A DNA stretch of 63,710 nucleotides, filler included, from Octopus bimaculoides (GCF_001194135.2; 8 parts of 8 records of this genome joined end to end with filler, not necessarily neighbours in it); one strand, 5' to 3'; shown: positions 48,138 through 61,801, counted from the whole stretch's first letter. Numbers and translations are program-made. The notes: generated from the sequence alone by a model not told the origin.

Positions 48138-49515
48138 GTGTGTGTTGCATGCTTACATGTTGTGGATGTGTGTAATCTAAAACATATGGATTTGGACCAG
48201 CCTTCTGAAAGTTTGACCCAGAAGTTCTTGGAAATAAATAATAATTTAAAATTATGCAGACTTAATATTTGGTTTATCTGTGTCTAGACATAGAAATCCT
48301 ATTTTGCAGAGAAGTGGAAACAGAATGTTATAAATGATGCATTTTGCCAACAGTAATGGTGTGAGTAATGCCAAATAGCTTTTCGAATGAAGATGTCATA
48401 TTGTAGAATTAATTATGGAAAATTGGTGTTTTAAAAGAAAGAGATTATTGTACATAATTAGCCATTAATTAATTTTTAGACCATTTCTTACTTTCTTCAA
48501 AATTCTTCAGTGATGGACAGTAAACAAAGAGATAAAAGAATTATGATGAATTTGTTTCGACTTCAACATGGGTCTTTTGAGTGCATCTGAAAAGAATTAA
48601 CTTATTTATTGCTGAATAGAATTTCGCTTAGGAAATGAAGTGTGCAGGTCAGATTGGCTTACAATATTAAATTTACTAATGTTCCAAATTCAACTCCCTC
48701 AGAGGTCGTTTTAGTATTTTATCATTCAAGTGTCAATATGATAAGTATGCATTAAGTATTAACATTAACTTCATCAAATCATCCCTTTCCTAAAATATCT
48801 GTTCTTGAGCATACATCAGAAGTCACTAGAACTATGGCATTGCTTGCCCTTTTCTGATTTTTGTTAGTTCTTCCCTTGCAGAGCTCTAAGGTAAATAATT
48901 CCAACTGTGACCATCCTAACTGTTTTGAAACTGTGTATCTAAAAACCAACATCTAACGAAACCCCTATTTTCCACCTTGAAAAAGAAAGATGGGAAAATA
49001 GAAATGGATAAGGAGTAATATGAGGAAGATTTAGTTACTATATTTGTTATTGTTATTTAGATCTGTTTGAGCAGACCTATGACTACAAACATTTCAGCTG
49101 GGTCCATTCCATAATTTTGATAATCACAGACTAAAGAAATTGCGGTGCCTCTAATTTTTAATTCTAAGATAGCAGGTTGTGGTTCATAGGTAATTTGGCT
49201 GCTATATCTAGCTGATCAGATGATCATGTAAAGCATCTTTTATGGGTGTGTATATTTAGTATAGGAACATGTGTGTGTGTTTGCATGTCTTCAAAGTTTC
49301 ACAGGATTAGCAAGCCAATCCAGAGAAACTTTGAAATCATACTTGTCTCAGTTTTAGTATTTATTTACGTTCTACATTTGGTGAAGCAAAATATATTTTA
49401 GTTAATATTTCTGGCAACTTTGAACATGAAAACACACACTTTTAATATATATATGTATATGTAAAAGAATGTGTGTATGGATATATATAGTGAGTGAGCA
49501 TATGTGTGTGCATGC

Positions 49516-49572
<57 letters not shown>

Positions 49573-50073
49573 GTATATATAAATAGATATGAATACATGT
49601 GTGTGTGTGTGAATATATGTATTAATTCCTCTCAATTCCTGACAGTCAAAGAAGAGAAAATAAACAAAAGACAGACATATGTAGAAAGCTCCACGCATGT
49701 GTAGCTTGCATGTGGCGAATAGTATTATTTTAGTCAATGTTATTATGAAGAAAACTATTTTTCTAATGAATATAGTTCGCTTAGGGCAAAACTATTTCTT
49801 GATTCTGAAGAGATCATAGTCTCTTTGAAGCAGGTTTTCAGGGTTTTAGAATAAGTTTTAGGCTTGTGAGTGAGGTTGTACACGCATACACACATATATA
49901 TATATATATACAAACATATACATACACACACGCACACACATATATGTATGTGTGTTTATATGTATGCATGTATATATGTGTATATATATATATATATATT
50001 CACATGCACATATATGTACATATACATTCATATACAAACACTTATATATATATGTGTATATATATATGTATAT

Positions 50074-50143
<70 letters not shown>

Positions 50144-50243
50144 NNNNNNNNNNNNNNNNNNNNNNNNNNNNNNNNNNNNNNNNNNNNTTAATTAATTAAN
50201 NNNNNNNNNNNNNNNNNNNNNNNNNNNNNNNNNNNNNNNNNNN

Positions 50244-51200
50244 CTGGTTCCACTTTTCCTCTGATCCATCGGTTAGTGGTCCTATTGCCTTGAACTTGAT
50301 TTCAAGTTTAGGCTGGAACTCTTGCTGGTATTTGGCTGAAAGGAGTTTATGTTGAAGGCAAGTCTAATAAGCTTTGGGCACTTGTGGTGCTGGGGAACCG
50401 TATGGATGTTGAGCATGGCTCTTATGAGTCTATGATCTGTCCAGCACTCTGCTCCATGCATTGCTTTGGTGATGAGGATATCACTGCTGTCATGCTGGTG
50501 GGTGATAATGTAATCAATGTGGTGCCACTGTTTTGAACGTGCATACATTCATGATGCCTTATACTTAATCAGCCTGCCAGAAGTTGGTGTTGGTAATCAG
50601 CAAGTTGTGCTCAATGCATCTGCTCAGCAAAAGAAGTCCATTGCTATTGATTTTCTCATTTCCCTGCTTCCCTATAACTCCTCTCCACTGCTCCTCATCT
50701 CTGCTGACTCTGGTGTTGAAGGTGCCTAGTATTACAAGCTTGTCATTACCAGGCATGTCACATAGAGCAGCATAGAACTGCTCTCTGATCTCTTCTGTGC
50801 ACATCGTTGCTGGGACATACACACTCATGATGATAATGAAGTGTTTGTTGCTGACAGGGAGGCAAAGTTTCAGAAGCCTTTCATTTACACCAGTGGGAAG
50901 ACAGGGAATCTGTTTTAAGAGACTGGACTTGATGGTAAATCCAACCCCATGTATTCTGTCCTCATGTAGAGCCTTACCTTTACAGAAGAATGTATAGCTG
51001 CTATCTGATTCTGTCAGCGATCCTTCCCTGGCCTGTTGAGTTTCAATAATTGCTGCTATGTTGATATTGTACCAATAACTAGGTTTTCCTTTCTCAAGTT
51101 GAACTGACCACAAATGGATAAATCTATCAGCTTCAGTTAACTGGCCAGAACTGTTTAGAGCAAGTTTTCATCAGGCCACCTTTTCTAGGCCCTCCCTTAC
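50244..51200 (-). mobile_element. RTE-clade LINE, AP-endonuclease region
   Basis: INIAAIIETQ..GVGFTI..NERLL..SVYVP..LVILGTFNTRV..NSNGLLLLSRC..HNLLITNT; HIDYIIT..WTDHRLI. Confidence 0.9.
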
Positions 51201-53423
51201 TAGGATGAGCAGTGCTGTTCTGAAGAAGCTACTCACCCACCAGGGAAGCTGCCGAAGTTCTCTGCTGTCCAATACAAAGAACAGCAACCATGCAGGCTTG
51301 TGACTAAAATTTCTAGTGGTCACCTTCAGCTGTCCCTTTCACCACTTTTCCATTGCCACAGGACTTGAGGTTGACAGTTGGAAGGCTGAAAAGCACAGAC
51401 ACCTGTGCATGAAGTCGTTTTAAGTGGGAGATCCATTGCATAGAGGCCAATACCACTTGCTCAGCAGAAAGAACCTTGATTCAGGAGCACAGAAAAGTGT
51501 TACAGCTGGAGACCCTTCCTGCTGTAGTGGATGACCAGGGTTATATAGTGTTTTGTCATGTTCTAGGCACTCTACAGCTGCTGCTGGTACTGCCTTTCTG
51601 TCTTTTGGACCTCACTGGGGGTTTCCTCTACCCAGTATGCCAGAACCAGTCTTCACATGCATGGGTAGACAAGGCTGTATCTCGCTGAGGGTTTGAGACC
51701 CATAGGCTNNNNNNNNNNNNNNNNNNNNNNNNNNNNNNNNNNNNNNNNNNNNNNNNNNNNNNNNNNNNNNNNNNNNNNNNNNNNNNNNNNNNNNNNNNNN
51801 NNNNNNNNNNNNNNNNNNNNNNNNNNNNNNNNNNNNNNNNNNNNNNNNNNNNNNNNNNNNNNNNNNNNNNNNNNNNNNNNNNNNNNNNNNNNNNNNNNNN
51901 NNGAAGCATGACTAGCCCCTCCCACTAGAGGTACTATCCCTCCCTCAATGCCCCAAGGGGATATAAAAGGAATTATATATATGTATAAATATAAATATAA
52001 AACAATAAAAGGAATATAATAGAATATGAAAATATTAAAATAAGAATATAAAAAGAAATATAAAAATATAANNNNNNNNNNAATATGAAAATATTAAAAT
52101 AAGAATATAAAAAGAAATATAAAAATATAAACATAAAAAGAAGTTTTAAAATATACAATATATATACCTACATTCACACACACACACACACNNNNNNNNN
52201 NNNNNNNNNNNNNNNNNNNCACACTTGCACATATTGTTGAATGGCAATGCACTACTCATAGGTTCTTTCACCTTTTGGTGGGTCTTACTTTTTGTCCTAC
52301 AGGGTGTCCAAAAATGACCCTCTTCACCAAGCNNNNNNNNNNCTCAGTGCCAGTTTAGTTGCCAATAAACCGACCTTGTGATAGGTTGTATTGGGTTACA
52401 TGTCACCAGCAGGGCTCAAGTGCTGACATAAGTATGTAATATATATATACATAAAAACAAGCATGAGGAAATAACTGAAATGAAAAAAAGATACATTGTA
52501 ACCTAAAAACATGGCATTGTAAAGTGCATTTTTCTCTCCTCATAGCTTGTGGGTGACTGAAGTTACAGAGATGTAGGCACTTCTCTGTGTACCTGAAGCA
52601 GTTTATATATTGCCAGATGTTTATTTTCCAAAATTTACTCTTATTAGTTATNNNNNNNNNNGTTATAGTGTGTATAGATATGGCAATTAATTATAATAAT
52701 TACAGATAATGGTCATGTTTGGGCATAATGGTAAAATGCAGGGATCAATTTTCTGAAGAAACTGTAAATGATAGAATAATTTTGAAAATTTTNNNNNNNN
52801 NNAATTTTGAAATCAGAAGGTAAAAATCGATCAGTTTCACCCAGTACATGAGAGACAACTTTTCGGTTGTAGACCTGTGAAATTAATAAATAGAAGATTG
52901 AGGATAATTTCTGGAATTTTCAGTCTGCCAATCTAATGATTCTAGTATTTCATCATCGTTACTGTCAGCTGAGAACCATGCCCCACCCTTTTGAAACACA
53001 TCATTATCATTTCCCATTTAATATCTTTAATTCTCAACAGTTACCAAGTTATTCTCTGAATGTTTGCTCAAATTCTTACTGTTCTTACGATCACTTGTAA
53101 ACAATCAATGTTTTAGTCTTTTGGTAAAGGTAGTGTTCAGGTGTGATAAATTTCATAGTTGAAAAATAGGTAAAGTGCTTAAAAACTCATAAAACAGCAT
53201 TATCTGCAAACAAACATTTGTAAACAGCCTAATTATGCCCCAACCACATAACTTTATTTTCAGTTTGACTAGATTTTCAACACAATTCCTACCAATTTGG
53301 TTGAATATCAAGTTGGAAATTCCNNNNNNNNNNNNNNNNNNNNNNNNNNNNNNNNNNNNNNNNNNNNTTAATTAATTAANNNNNNNNNNNNNNNNNNNNN
53401 NNNNNNNNNNNNNNNNNNNNNNN

Positions 53424-53585
53424 ACGATATTGAAACTGTAAGTCACGACTGGTATGGCTAGAGCATTGATCGCTTCGATCCTGTTTCTCGCGTTCAGCTC
53501 TGTCTTCAGTATTGCTCTCACCCTGCGATAACATTCTCTTCTGATCCTTTCCCTCATCACTGAGTGCTTGATATTGTCCCCTTCA
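53424..53585 (-). mobile_element. R4/Dong-like LINE, post-RT fragment
   Basis: RRECYRRVRAILKTELNARNRIEAINALAIPVVTYSFNI. Confidence 0.85.
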
Positions 53586-53664
<79 letters not shown>

Positions 53665-53749
53665 TCATATACACACAACAGATTAGACTGTTGCAAAAGA
53701 AAAAATCCTGACACCGGGCTACAAGTAACCTTAGAGGCCAAGAACCCTT

Positions 53750-54783
53750 CTAACTATCCTAGCTATCCCTAATAACATTGTTTTCAGGAGCTGTACTAAA
53801 CTGGGTTTTATGCCTATTTTCTCTATCCATTGTACAAATCCCAATGCACCTATAACTACTGAGATACATTTTACCCGTACTTTCCATTGTCTCTGTAATT
53901 CAATAGCTAAGTCCTGGTACTTTATCTATACCTCTCATATTGATTTTTTTCATCATTTGGGACCGTAAGGTCAATTCTCTGGCACTTTCTATTCTCTTTA
54001 TCTACTACTACTAAATCAGGCCTCCTAGCTTTTATTACTCTGTCCGTCTGAATGTTAAAGTCCCACAACATCTTATATTTCTTACTTTCTGGTACTTTAC
54101 TAGGTTCATATTGATACCATTTATCAGTATGTTCAAATCCTAGCTTTCTATATAACTCCCAGTGGATTTCTCTAGGTTATCATGTCTTTTCTTGTATTCT
54201 TTCTGTGCCAGCATGCTACATTCACTTACTATATGAGTAACGCTTTCCTCTTTTGATTTGCATAGCCTACATTGCGAATCTACTTCGTTTTTGTCTATCT
54301 TGGCTTTTATCCAATTAGTCCTTAATGCTTTATCTTGTGCTACTACTAGCAAACTTTCTGTCTCCCTTTTCAGCTTTTCTTCCTGCAACCATAAGCATGT
54401 CTCACTACTACTATCTGCTGCAACTATCTTTGGGAATCTACCATGCAACGCCTTTCTCTGCCAGTCAGATAATTTCTGTTCTTTTTTCTGATTTTTAACT
54501 TTGCTTAGGTTTTTGGTTTCCCTATGTCTTGCTGTGACTCTAGCAGCTTTTAATAAACTTTATTCTCTGCTACCTACATAGGAGTCTATATCTACTCTAG
54601 CTAACTCCACACAGTCTTCTACTGATATTAAACCGCTTCCACCTTCCTTTCTAAGTAAGTATAATCTTGCTACTCCTGCTTTTGGCTGGAGTCCTCCATT
54701 CATATTAAATTCCTTCTTAGTTCTTCTGTCTAGATTCTGTCCAATCTACAAAAGCTGCTGAGTATATGAGTGATGACACTGCC

Positions 54784-54785
<2 letters not shown>
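53750..54785 (-). mobile_element. R4/Dong-like LINE C-terminal fragment (zinc knuckle and restriction-like endonuclease)
   Basis: LHGRF..LKRETESLLVVAQDKALRTN..CRLC..ESVTHIVSEC..YKKRHD, then WDFNIQTDRVIKARRPDL and IVIGALG. Confidence 0.9.
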
Positions 54786-54839
<54 letters not shown>

Positions 54840-54842
<3 letters not shown>

Positions 54843-55329
54843 GAGTTAAAGAGCAGCGCATGCCATCAAACTGACACTGGGGTAAAATATACGAAGCCCT
54901 TATCGTCTGATAAGGGTGCACCAGGCACATGCATCACAACCATATGTGCGCGACATAGTGATCTCATATCAAGATAAACAGTACATGACCTTTCAGGTAG
55001 GACCCAGTTACAATTTTCTTCAGGTCGAGTAGCCCATCCCGCACAAAAGATCCCTGAATAAGGATTGTTTAAGGATGTTGAACAAAACAACCACGTTTCC
55101 AAAGGTGAATTATCTAAACCCCAAAGAATTCCTCTCAACATATGGCTATGATGCACATACCGTCAGCCACTAAGGGACATGCTCAACTGGTTAAGGTCAA
55201 GCAACTGACAAGCAAACCTGTGGTATTGAGCAGAATATTTGTTGTAGCCCATCTTATATACCAAGACATAACAATGTACAAGATAACACTTCCAATCAGT
55301 TAAGATTAGATGCCATGTGAGCCACTACC

Positions 55330-55330
<1 letters not shown>
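54840..55330. mobile_element. Unclassified interspersed repeat bounded by (ATT)n tracts
   Basis: Complex, non-coding-looking 490-bp block between two trinucleotide arrays; family not recognised. Confidence 0.35.
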
Positions 55331-55396
<66 letters not shown>

Positions 55397-55691
55397 GTTG
55401 TTTTTTTTTCTTCTTTCTTCAAATTTTCTTCCATTTCTCGCCGAGTGTTTTCCGTACACCTAGGGCAGAGAAACTCGTTGTATGCATTCCCAGTTCACAC
55501 ACGCAAATTCACAGGTAAAACATGTATTTAAGAAAAGAAAAAGTTCATGAATGGATGTTGTTTTCACAGCGATAATGCTCTTCTTAGTACANNNNNNNNN
55601 NNNNNNNNNNNNNNNNNNNNNNNNNNNNNNNNNNNTTAATTAATTAANNNNNNNNNNNNNNNNNNNNNNNNNNNNNNNNNNNNNNNNNNNN

Positions 55692-56900
55692 AAAGCCTCT
55701 TTCTCTCTATCCTGAAGAAGCAATCCGGGTTTTTTTTCTAGTGTTTGCCTTCATTACCGGTCGCAAATGTTTGGTGAACTATATCTGTCAATATTATGAA
55801 GTAACTTCGAGCCCATAGAAACAGCTGTCTGATTTATAACACCATAACTTCTCCCCTGTAATTCTCTGAGTCTATGTAATGTTACATACATACATACATA
55901 CATACCTACATATATAGCAACTCTAAATCTTCGGCCAGCACAGCCACCGTCAGACTGCAATGCACTGAAGTTAATCTTGGCTTCATATAGTCTCTGATGA
56001 GTTAAACTCTTCCCTGTGTATGTGGATTTGTGTGGGGTGGTAAGGTGCGTTTTAATGGTAAGGTATTTTGGAGAAACTTTTATTAAGTTGGGGCCATTTT
56101 ATTGTTCAGAATTTATTTATGCATGTAGAACTTTATAAACAAGAGTGTATATTTAGATGTCCTCGCTTCAGGTCATGGGATGGATTTTTTTTTCAGTGGT
56201 TCACAAAAAGGATGTAGGTAGGCATAAGAAGATTTTGATCGGCATATGTGCCAATAGTTGTATCGGTTTTCAGTTTTATTGGATTTAATCCTTTGCTTTG
56301 ACAACATAATGGTCAAAACTTCAAAATTTAGACTAGTATCTAAAAACTTAGTAAATTGGCGTGTCAACATTTTTTAATGGAATTTTTTAAAGGGTCACAA
56401 TGAATTGAAGTAGGTGGTATGTTTTAGCAGATCAGTTTCTTTACTTGTTGTTATTGTTGTTGTTATTTACAGTACTTGTATGTATTTGGAAGGTGGATGT
56501 TAATAATGGGGCATGTCATGGTGTTGTTAGTTTAGAAATATGCTTTTATTTTGTGCTTCGATGTTCACAAGTAGATGTGGGTAAGTATAAAGGTTGTCGA
56601 TTGGTATATTTTTTTTTACGGGTTCATTGGTCTATAAGCACCGTGATTAATATGTAGAAATTTTAAACTTTGTGTTTTATGGAGGCAGAATATGTGGAAT
56701 ATGTGCTCATAAACATTTCTTCAATTTTTGTTTTAAACGTGTGCACTGTGTAATATATTGCTCCGTATAATATAATGCTCCATTTTCGCATACATCCATA
56801 GGCCTAAAATAATATACTAAAAAATACACTTTCAAAACAATATTGCAGAAATATTTATAAACACATGTATGTATGTATATATATATAAACTTACTTAGTA
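55692..56900 (-). mobile_element. Possible heavily decayed Penelope-like element
   Basis: Weak remnants (QPLYL, IHCDPLKNSIKKMLTRQFTKFL) resembling the Penelope RT C-terminus; many stops. Confidence 0.3.
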
Positions 56901-57978
56901 ATGGATGCGTCGCGTTCAAATAAATAATAAATAATATATATNNNNNNNNNNNNNNNNNNNNNNNNNNNNNNNNNNNNNNNNNNNNNNNNNNNNNNNNNNN
57001 NNNNNNNNNNNNNNNNNNNNNNNNNNNNNNNNNNNNNNNNNNNNNNNNNNNNNNNNNNNNNNNNNNNNNNNNNNNNNNNNNNNNNNNNNNNNNNNNNNNN
57101 NNNNNNNNNNNNNNNNNNNNNNNNNNNNNNNNNNNNNNNNNNNNNNNNNNNNNNNNNNNNNNNNNNNNNNNNNNNNNNNNNNNNNNNNNNNNNNNNNNNN
57201 NNNNNNNNNNNNNNNNNNNNNNNNNNNNNNNNNNNNNNNNNNNNNNNNNNNNNNNNNNNNNNNNNNNNNNNNNNNNNNNNNNNNNNNNNNNNNNNNNNNN
57301 NNNNNNNNNNNNNNNNNNNNNNNNNNNNNNNNNNNNNNNNNNNNNNNNNNNNNNNNNNNNNNNNNNNNNNNNNNNNNNNNNNNNNNNNNNNNNNNNNNNN
57401 NNNNNNNNNNNNNNNNNNNNNNNNNNNNNNNNNNNNNNNNNNNNNNNNNNNNNNNNNNNNNNNNNNNNNNNNNNNNNNNNNNNNNNNNNNNNNNNNNNNN
57501 NNNNNNNNNNNNNNNNNNNNNNNNNNNNNNNNNNNNNNNNNNNNNNNNNNNNNNNNNNNNNNNNNNNNNNNNNNNNNNNNNNNNNNNNNNNNNNNNNNNN
57601 NNNNNNNNNNNNNNNNNNNNNNNNNNNNNNNNNNNNNNNNNNNNNNNNNNNNNNNNNNNNNNNNNNNNNNNNNNNNNNNNNNNNNNNNNNNNNNNNNNNN
57701 NNNNNNNNNNNNNNNNNNNNNNNNNNNNNNNNNNNNNNNNNNNNNNNNNNNNNNNNNNNNNNNNNNNNNNNNNNNNNNNNNNNNNNNNATATATATATAT
57801 ATATATATATATACATAATATATATGTATATGTACTCACTCACACACACAGACATATATTTTACAAAAAGATTGGTGAGTGTCTTGAAATTTCGGCCAGC
57901 TAACCTTCATCGGACCGTAAATGTATAATAAACATTACCTCTACAAATAGTTGTGAGTAACCATTTGCTTAAACATTA

Positions 57979-58042
<64 letters not shown>

Positions 58043-58944
58043 GTCTGTCTGTCTATCTACCTATCTATCTATTTATCTATTTACTATAGTTGTTCCGATA
58101 ACCAGGATTATAATTATCTCCTCAATCTATGTATATATGTATACATACATACATATATACATACGTGTATATATATATGTTCACAAACACACAGACTTAT
58201 ATATGATATATGTACATATTCACATATATATTTAACTATATCATAGTATTGATTTCTAACTTTGGCACAGCATTAAGTCACTATTTTCCTTTTCTTTTAA
58301 GGAAAGAAGCAGTTATTTAAGGGCGTAGTTATTTAACCGATGGAGTCGACCCCTTCATCTGACTTGCTCCCCTGAAACTTATATCATGTTACCAAGAGTG
58401 GGATGAAAGTTGATGGTCGATCAAAACAGAATTTGAAATTAAAACCTAAGAAGTTACAGATTATTTGAAAGAGAAATTAAAAAAAAGAACAACGATGGAG
58501 AAAACAGATATCACAAGGCATTATATAGCCTTATAATGATTTTAATCTCCCTAGCCGTACTGCACGTCCTCAACTCCGACCCAAGCCATGCCACACTTAT
58601 ATATCCATGTCTAATGTGGGTGAGCACGTGAACGAGTATGTCGGCAGACAGTCAGCCAGTAAACCAGCCAGCCCGCCCGCCAGACAGTCAGGCAGACAGC
58701 CACAGCCTATTGATTTGACCAGTCAGTCGTACGCAGTGCGGCGAAGTCCATGTAGAGCGATAAGAACAGCAGTAACAAGTGATATATATATATATATATA
58801 TANNNNNNNNNNNNNNNNNNNNNNNNNNNNNNNNNNNNNNNNNNNNTTAATTAATTAANNNNNNNNNNNNNNNNNNNNNNNNNNNNNNNNNNNNNNNNNN
58901 NNTATATATATATATATATATAAATACATACAGTGTACATTTAA

Positions 58945-59290
58945 CACATAAGAGAGATGTCCAAACGGGACGACCAAAGTGGGTGGAATTGGTAAACTGA
59001 AACGGAAAGAAACCCGTCGTGTATATGCGTGTATGCATGTATGTATGTATGTATGTATGTATGTATGTATGTATAGATATTTGCGTTTCCTCCCCACCAC
59101 CGCCTGACAACCGCTGTTGATCTATTTACGTCCCAGTATCTTACCGGTTTGGCAATAAAGTAACTGATAGAACAAGTCTCAGGCTTAGAGCAAAAATAAA
59201 TATTGGGGTTAGTTTCTTCGACCAAGACTCTTCAGGGTAGCGCCTCAGCATGGATGCAGTCTAATGACTGAAACAAATAAAAGATAAAAG
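58945..59290 (+). mobile_element. SINE family B copy
   Basis: GGTAAACTGAAACGGAAAGAAACCCGTCG, internal microsatellite, CTGACAACCGCTGTTGATC..CAGCATGGATGCAGTCTAATGACTGAAACAA. Confidence 0.75.
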
Positions 59291-60174
59291 ACATACATAC
59301 ATGCACACATGCACACATGCATACATGCATACATGCATACATGCATACATACATACATACATGCATACATACATACATACATACATACATACATGCATAC
59401 ATACTTGGATCTAAAACATATGCCACATCAATCTTTATTTTACTAAACATAAATACAAAGAACATAAAGGGGAAACATTCTAGAAGATCATATGAACAAT
59501 ACAAAATACATAAAATAATAATAATAATAATAATCTGTGTTGCGTGTACGTGTACACGTGTATGGGTACCACTGTACGTTTATATTGCCTATTTACCAGT
59601 TAATTTTATTTTTCTTTGTTTTGTTCGTCTGTGTTTGGAATGCCTTCCTCTTTATTGTTTCCTTTTGTATAATAAACAATAAATATTGTTGTGGAATGTG
59701 TTGTTAAGAAATTATTATCTTTTTATGAGGAATAACACTGAGACATCAAAGGGCTCAATAAACTGAATGATCAGCAATGTTTAAATTCCTGGTTGGAAGC
59801 AACTACGCTTTATTTAAATCAACATGATAGTGATTTCCTCTATTTTTTGTAATATCATAGGTTGCACATTCCAGTAACGGAAATGATAACAACCGTTCAT
59901 ATAGACAGCTCTGTAATATAATGGTTGTACATTCCAGCAAAGGAAATTACTAGTAGCCATCCCTATTGACGGTTTCAACCTTATTTTCTTGATAAACTGG
60001 GATGGTTTGTTTTTACTGATGGCCTACTGAATTTATTGTTCATACGCTGTGGTTTTCTTCTTCAAGTTTTCCCACACTTATTTACCATTTAGAATAATTT
60101 CACACATTTCACACAATTTCAGTCAAGCCCCGGCGTGTAAACAATGCTTAATGACAATGTCGATGTTATAATTC

Positions 60175-61281
60175 TCAAGCTTTTTTCTTTCTAGATGATT
60201 TCGGAGCAAGTTTATGAAAACGTGATATTTTAAATCGGTTACTTCCACGGGATACTTGAATTTCTTGCATACGTCTAGTCATATCCTGAAGTATGATTGA
60301 CTGCCTTGCAGAGATCCTCGAAGCAGCTGACCATCCATGCGTTACCACTGCGCTAAACATTTGTAATCTGTTCAAGACATCTTTTCTCAAAGCATTGCTT
60401 AACACATTTTCAAAGTGTGAAAGCTGAAGTAAAATACGAAGCTCTTGTCGGTCACGACCAGACAAATATCTGGAATCTAATTTTTGCTTTACATACGTTG
60501 ATAAAGTTTGGATATTGGAGAACTGATGCCCTACTTTCTCCTGGGTTTGTGGGGATCCCTGGCCACTTCCATGCTGAACAGATGAACCGTAATGAATTGT
60601 CTGATTTCGGTTAAGACTCGACTTTTGGCAAAACTGAACTGACAAACTTGACGAAGGCCGACTGCCATGACTCGGAGAAGGAGAGTTGGGTTGACTGGTT
60701 TCCGAGCTGTACAATGCCATACTGTTGTGCCCGGTTTGGCTCTCTTCTTGTGCCTGAATATTCGATGACTCAATCGGTGTTGATGGCCGCGAGTCCAGAC
60801 GAGCAGTGACTGGAGGAGAATTTGTTTGGTTGCTTAACAGCCATTCATATTTTATTTGATTAACGGCTGAACGATCATAGCAAGTGGTTCGAGATTTTAT
60901 CGGAGTTCTGTTGGTCCCTGTTGAAAGCTGGCTACTACTTTGCTGAATAGTTCTACTCGTTGATGTAGTAGCGTCAGTACATATTGAGTCTGTGATTGAA
61001 TCTCTTCGATATTGCACTCGATCAATACTTTGTCTAACGATATGTCGGAAAACTTGGTCTAACTTAGATTCCAGAGAAGAGAGGCGGAGCTGCTGGATAG
61101 GGCTCAAGTGTATTAAAACACGGTCTAACTTACCCTCTAATGCCGTCAGTCGAACTTGTTGAATAGGGTTAAGACGTTGAAGAACTTGATCAAGCTTTGC
61201 TTCTACATTGGATAAACGAATATTGGTTTGAGCTTGTTCCTCTTGTAATTCAATAATCCGGGATACCTCAGAATACGACAT
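60175..61281 (-). CDS. Intronless 368-aa orphan: three 22-aa coiled-coil repeats, S/T/Q-rich linker, helical C-terminal domain, basic tail
   Basis: Uninterrupted 1107-nt ORF. Repeats RLSNVEAKLDQVLQRLNPIQQV / RLTALEGKLDRVLIHLSPIQQL / RLSSLESKLDQVFRH have a 66-nt period and mostly different codons for identical residues. Strong acceptor at 61592-61593 with in-frame stops before the ATG, so 61282-61591 is likely 5' UTR. Confidence 0.75.
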   Translation of the reverse strand: MSYSEVSRIIELQEEQAQTNIRLSNVEAKLDQVLQRLNPIQQVRLTALEGKLDRVLIHLSPIQQLRLSSLESKLDQVFRHIVRQSIDRVQYRRDSITDSICTDATTSTSRTIQQSSSQLSTGTNRTPIKSRTTCYDRSAVNQIKYEWLLSNQTNSPPVTARLDSRPSTPIESSNIQAQEESQTGHNSMALYSSETSQPNSPSPSHGSRPSSSLSVQFCQKSSLNRNQTIHYGSSVQHGSGQGSPQTQEKVGHQFSNIQTLSTYVKQKLDSRYLSGRDRQELRILLQLSHFENVLSNALRKDVLNRLQMFSAVVTHGWSAASRISARQSIILQDMTRRMQEIQVSRGSNRFKISRFHKLAPKSSRKKKA

Positions 61282-61322
61282 TATGATAATATTGTTGTTG
61301 ATGTTGTTGTTCTTTTTGCTGC

Positions 61323-61356
<34 letters not shown>

Positions 61357-61801
61357 TTTGTTGTTAGTGATAGTGCAGTTGGTATGGCTGTTGTAGCAGT
61401 CGTAATGTTAGTGCTACTTCTGTTTCACTGGTAGCCTTGTTGCTATTCATACATCAAGAGTCATTACTGTAATTCTTACAGATATTCTGTCAATTGTTAT
61501 GTTTATAGTTGTTGCAGTAGTAGTTGCTTCTGATGCTGTTATGGCTCTGTGTTTCTGTTGCAGTTGTCTTTCTCGATCTCTCAGTTGATGTCTGTAAAAG
61601 ATAAAACAAAAGTTTATTTTAGAGAAAAAAAAAAACCAACGTAAAACTATAATCCAATGGGCCAGAGCGGTAGATTACTCCAGCAATCCACAGTACACCT
61701 CTCTGCTCTATGTGTAATATCTGACATGACGAAGGAAGGGTATTATAATCTGTATTAAGTCTTCTCGTCTCATATAGATATTAAACTCATATCTGTACTA
61801 G

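Noticed and set aside
48492-48586. Minus-strand segment with a strong acceptor and a GTAAGA donor
   Set aside because: All three frames contain stops; at most a non-coding exon, with no support.
52022-52130. 48-bp direct repeat on both sides of a 10-N gap
   Set aside because: Overlap artefact at a contig join.
55790-55835. GAAAC-AGCT-GTC hammerhead half
   Set aside because: No correctly placed CUGANGA with a pairing stem I; relic at best.
57885-57920. Minus-strand CCGATGA..GAAAT hammerhead-like string
   Set aside because: U4 is mutated, there is no NUH triplet and stem II is not formable.
58607-58858. RAIRTAVTS resembles the Phox2 homeodomain start RRIRTTFTS
   Set aside because: The flanks do not match (no KRKQ before, no AQLKELE after) and it runs into (TA)n; chance similarity.
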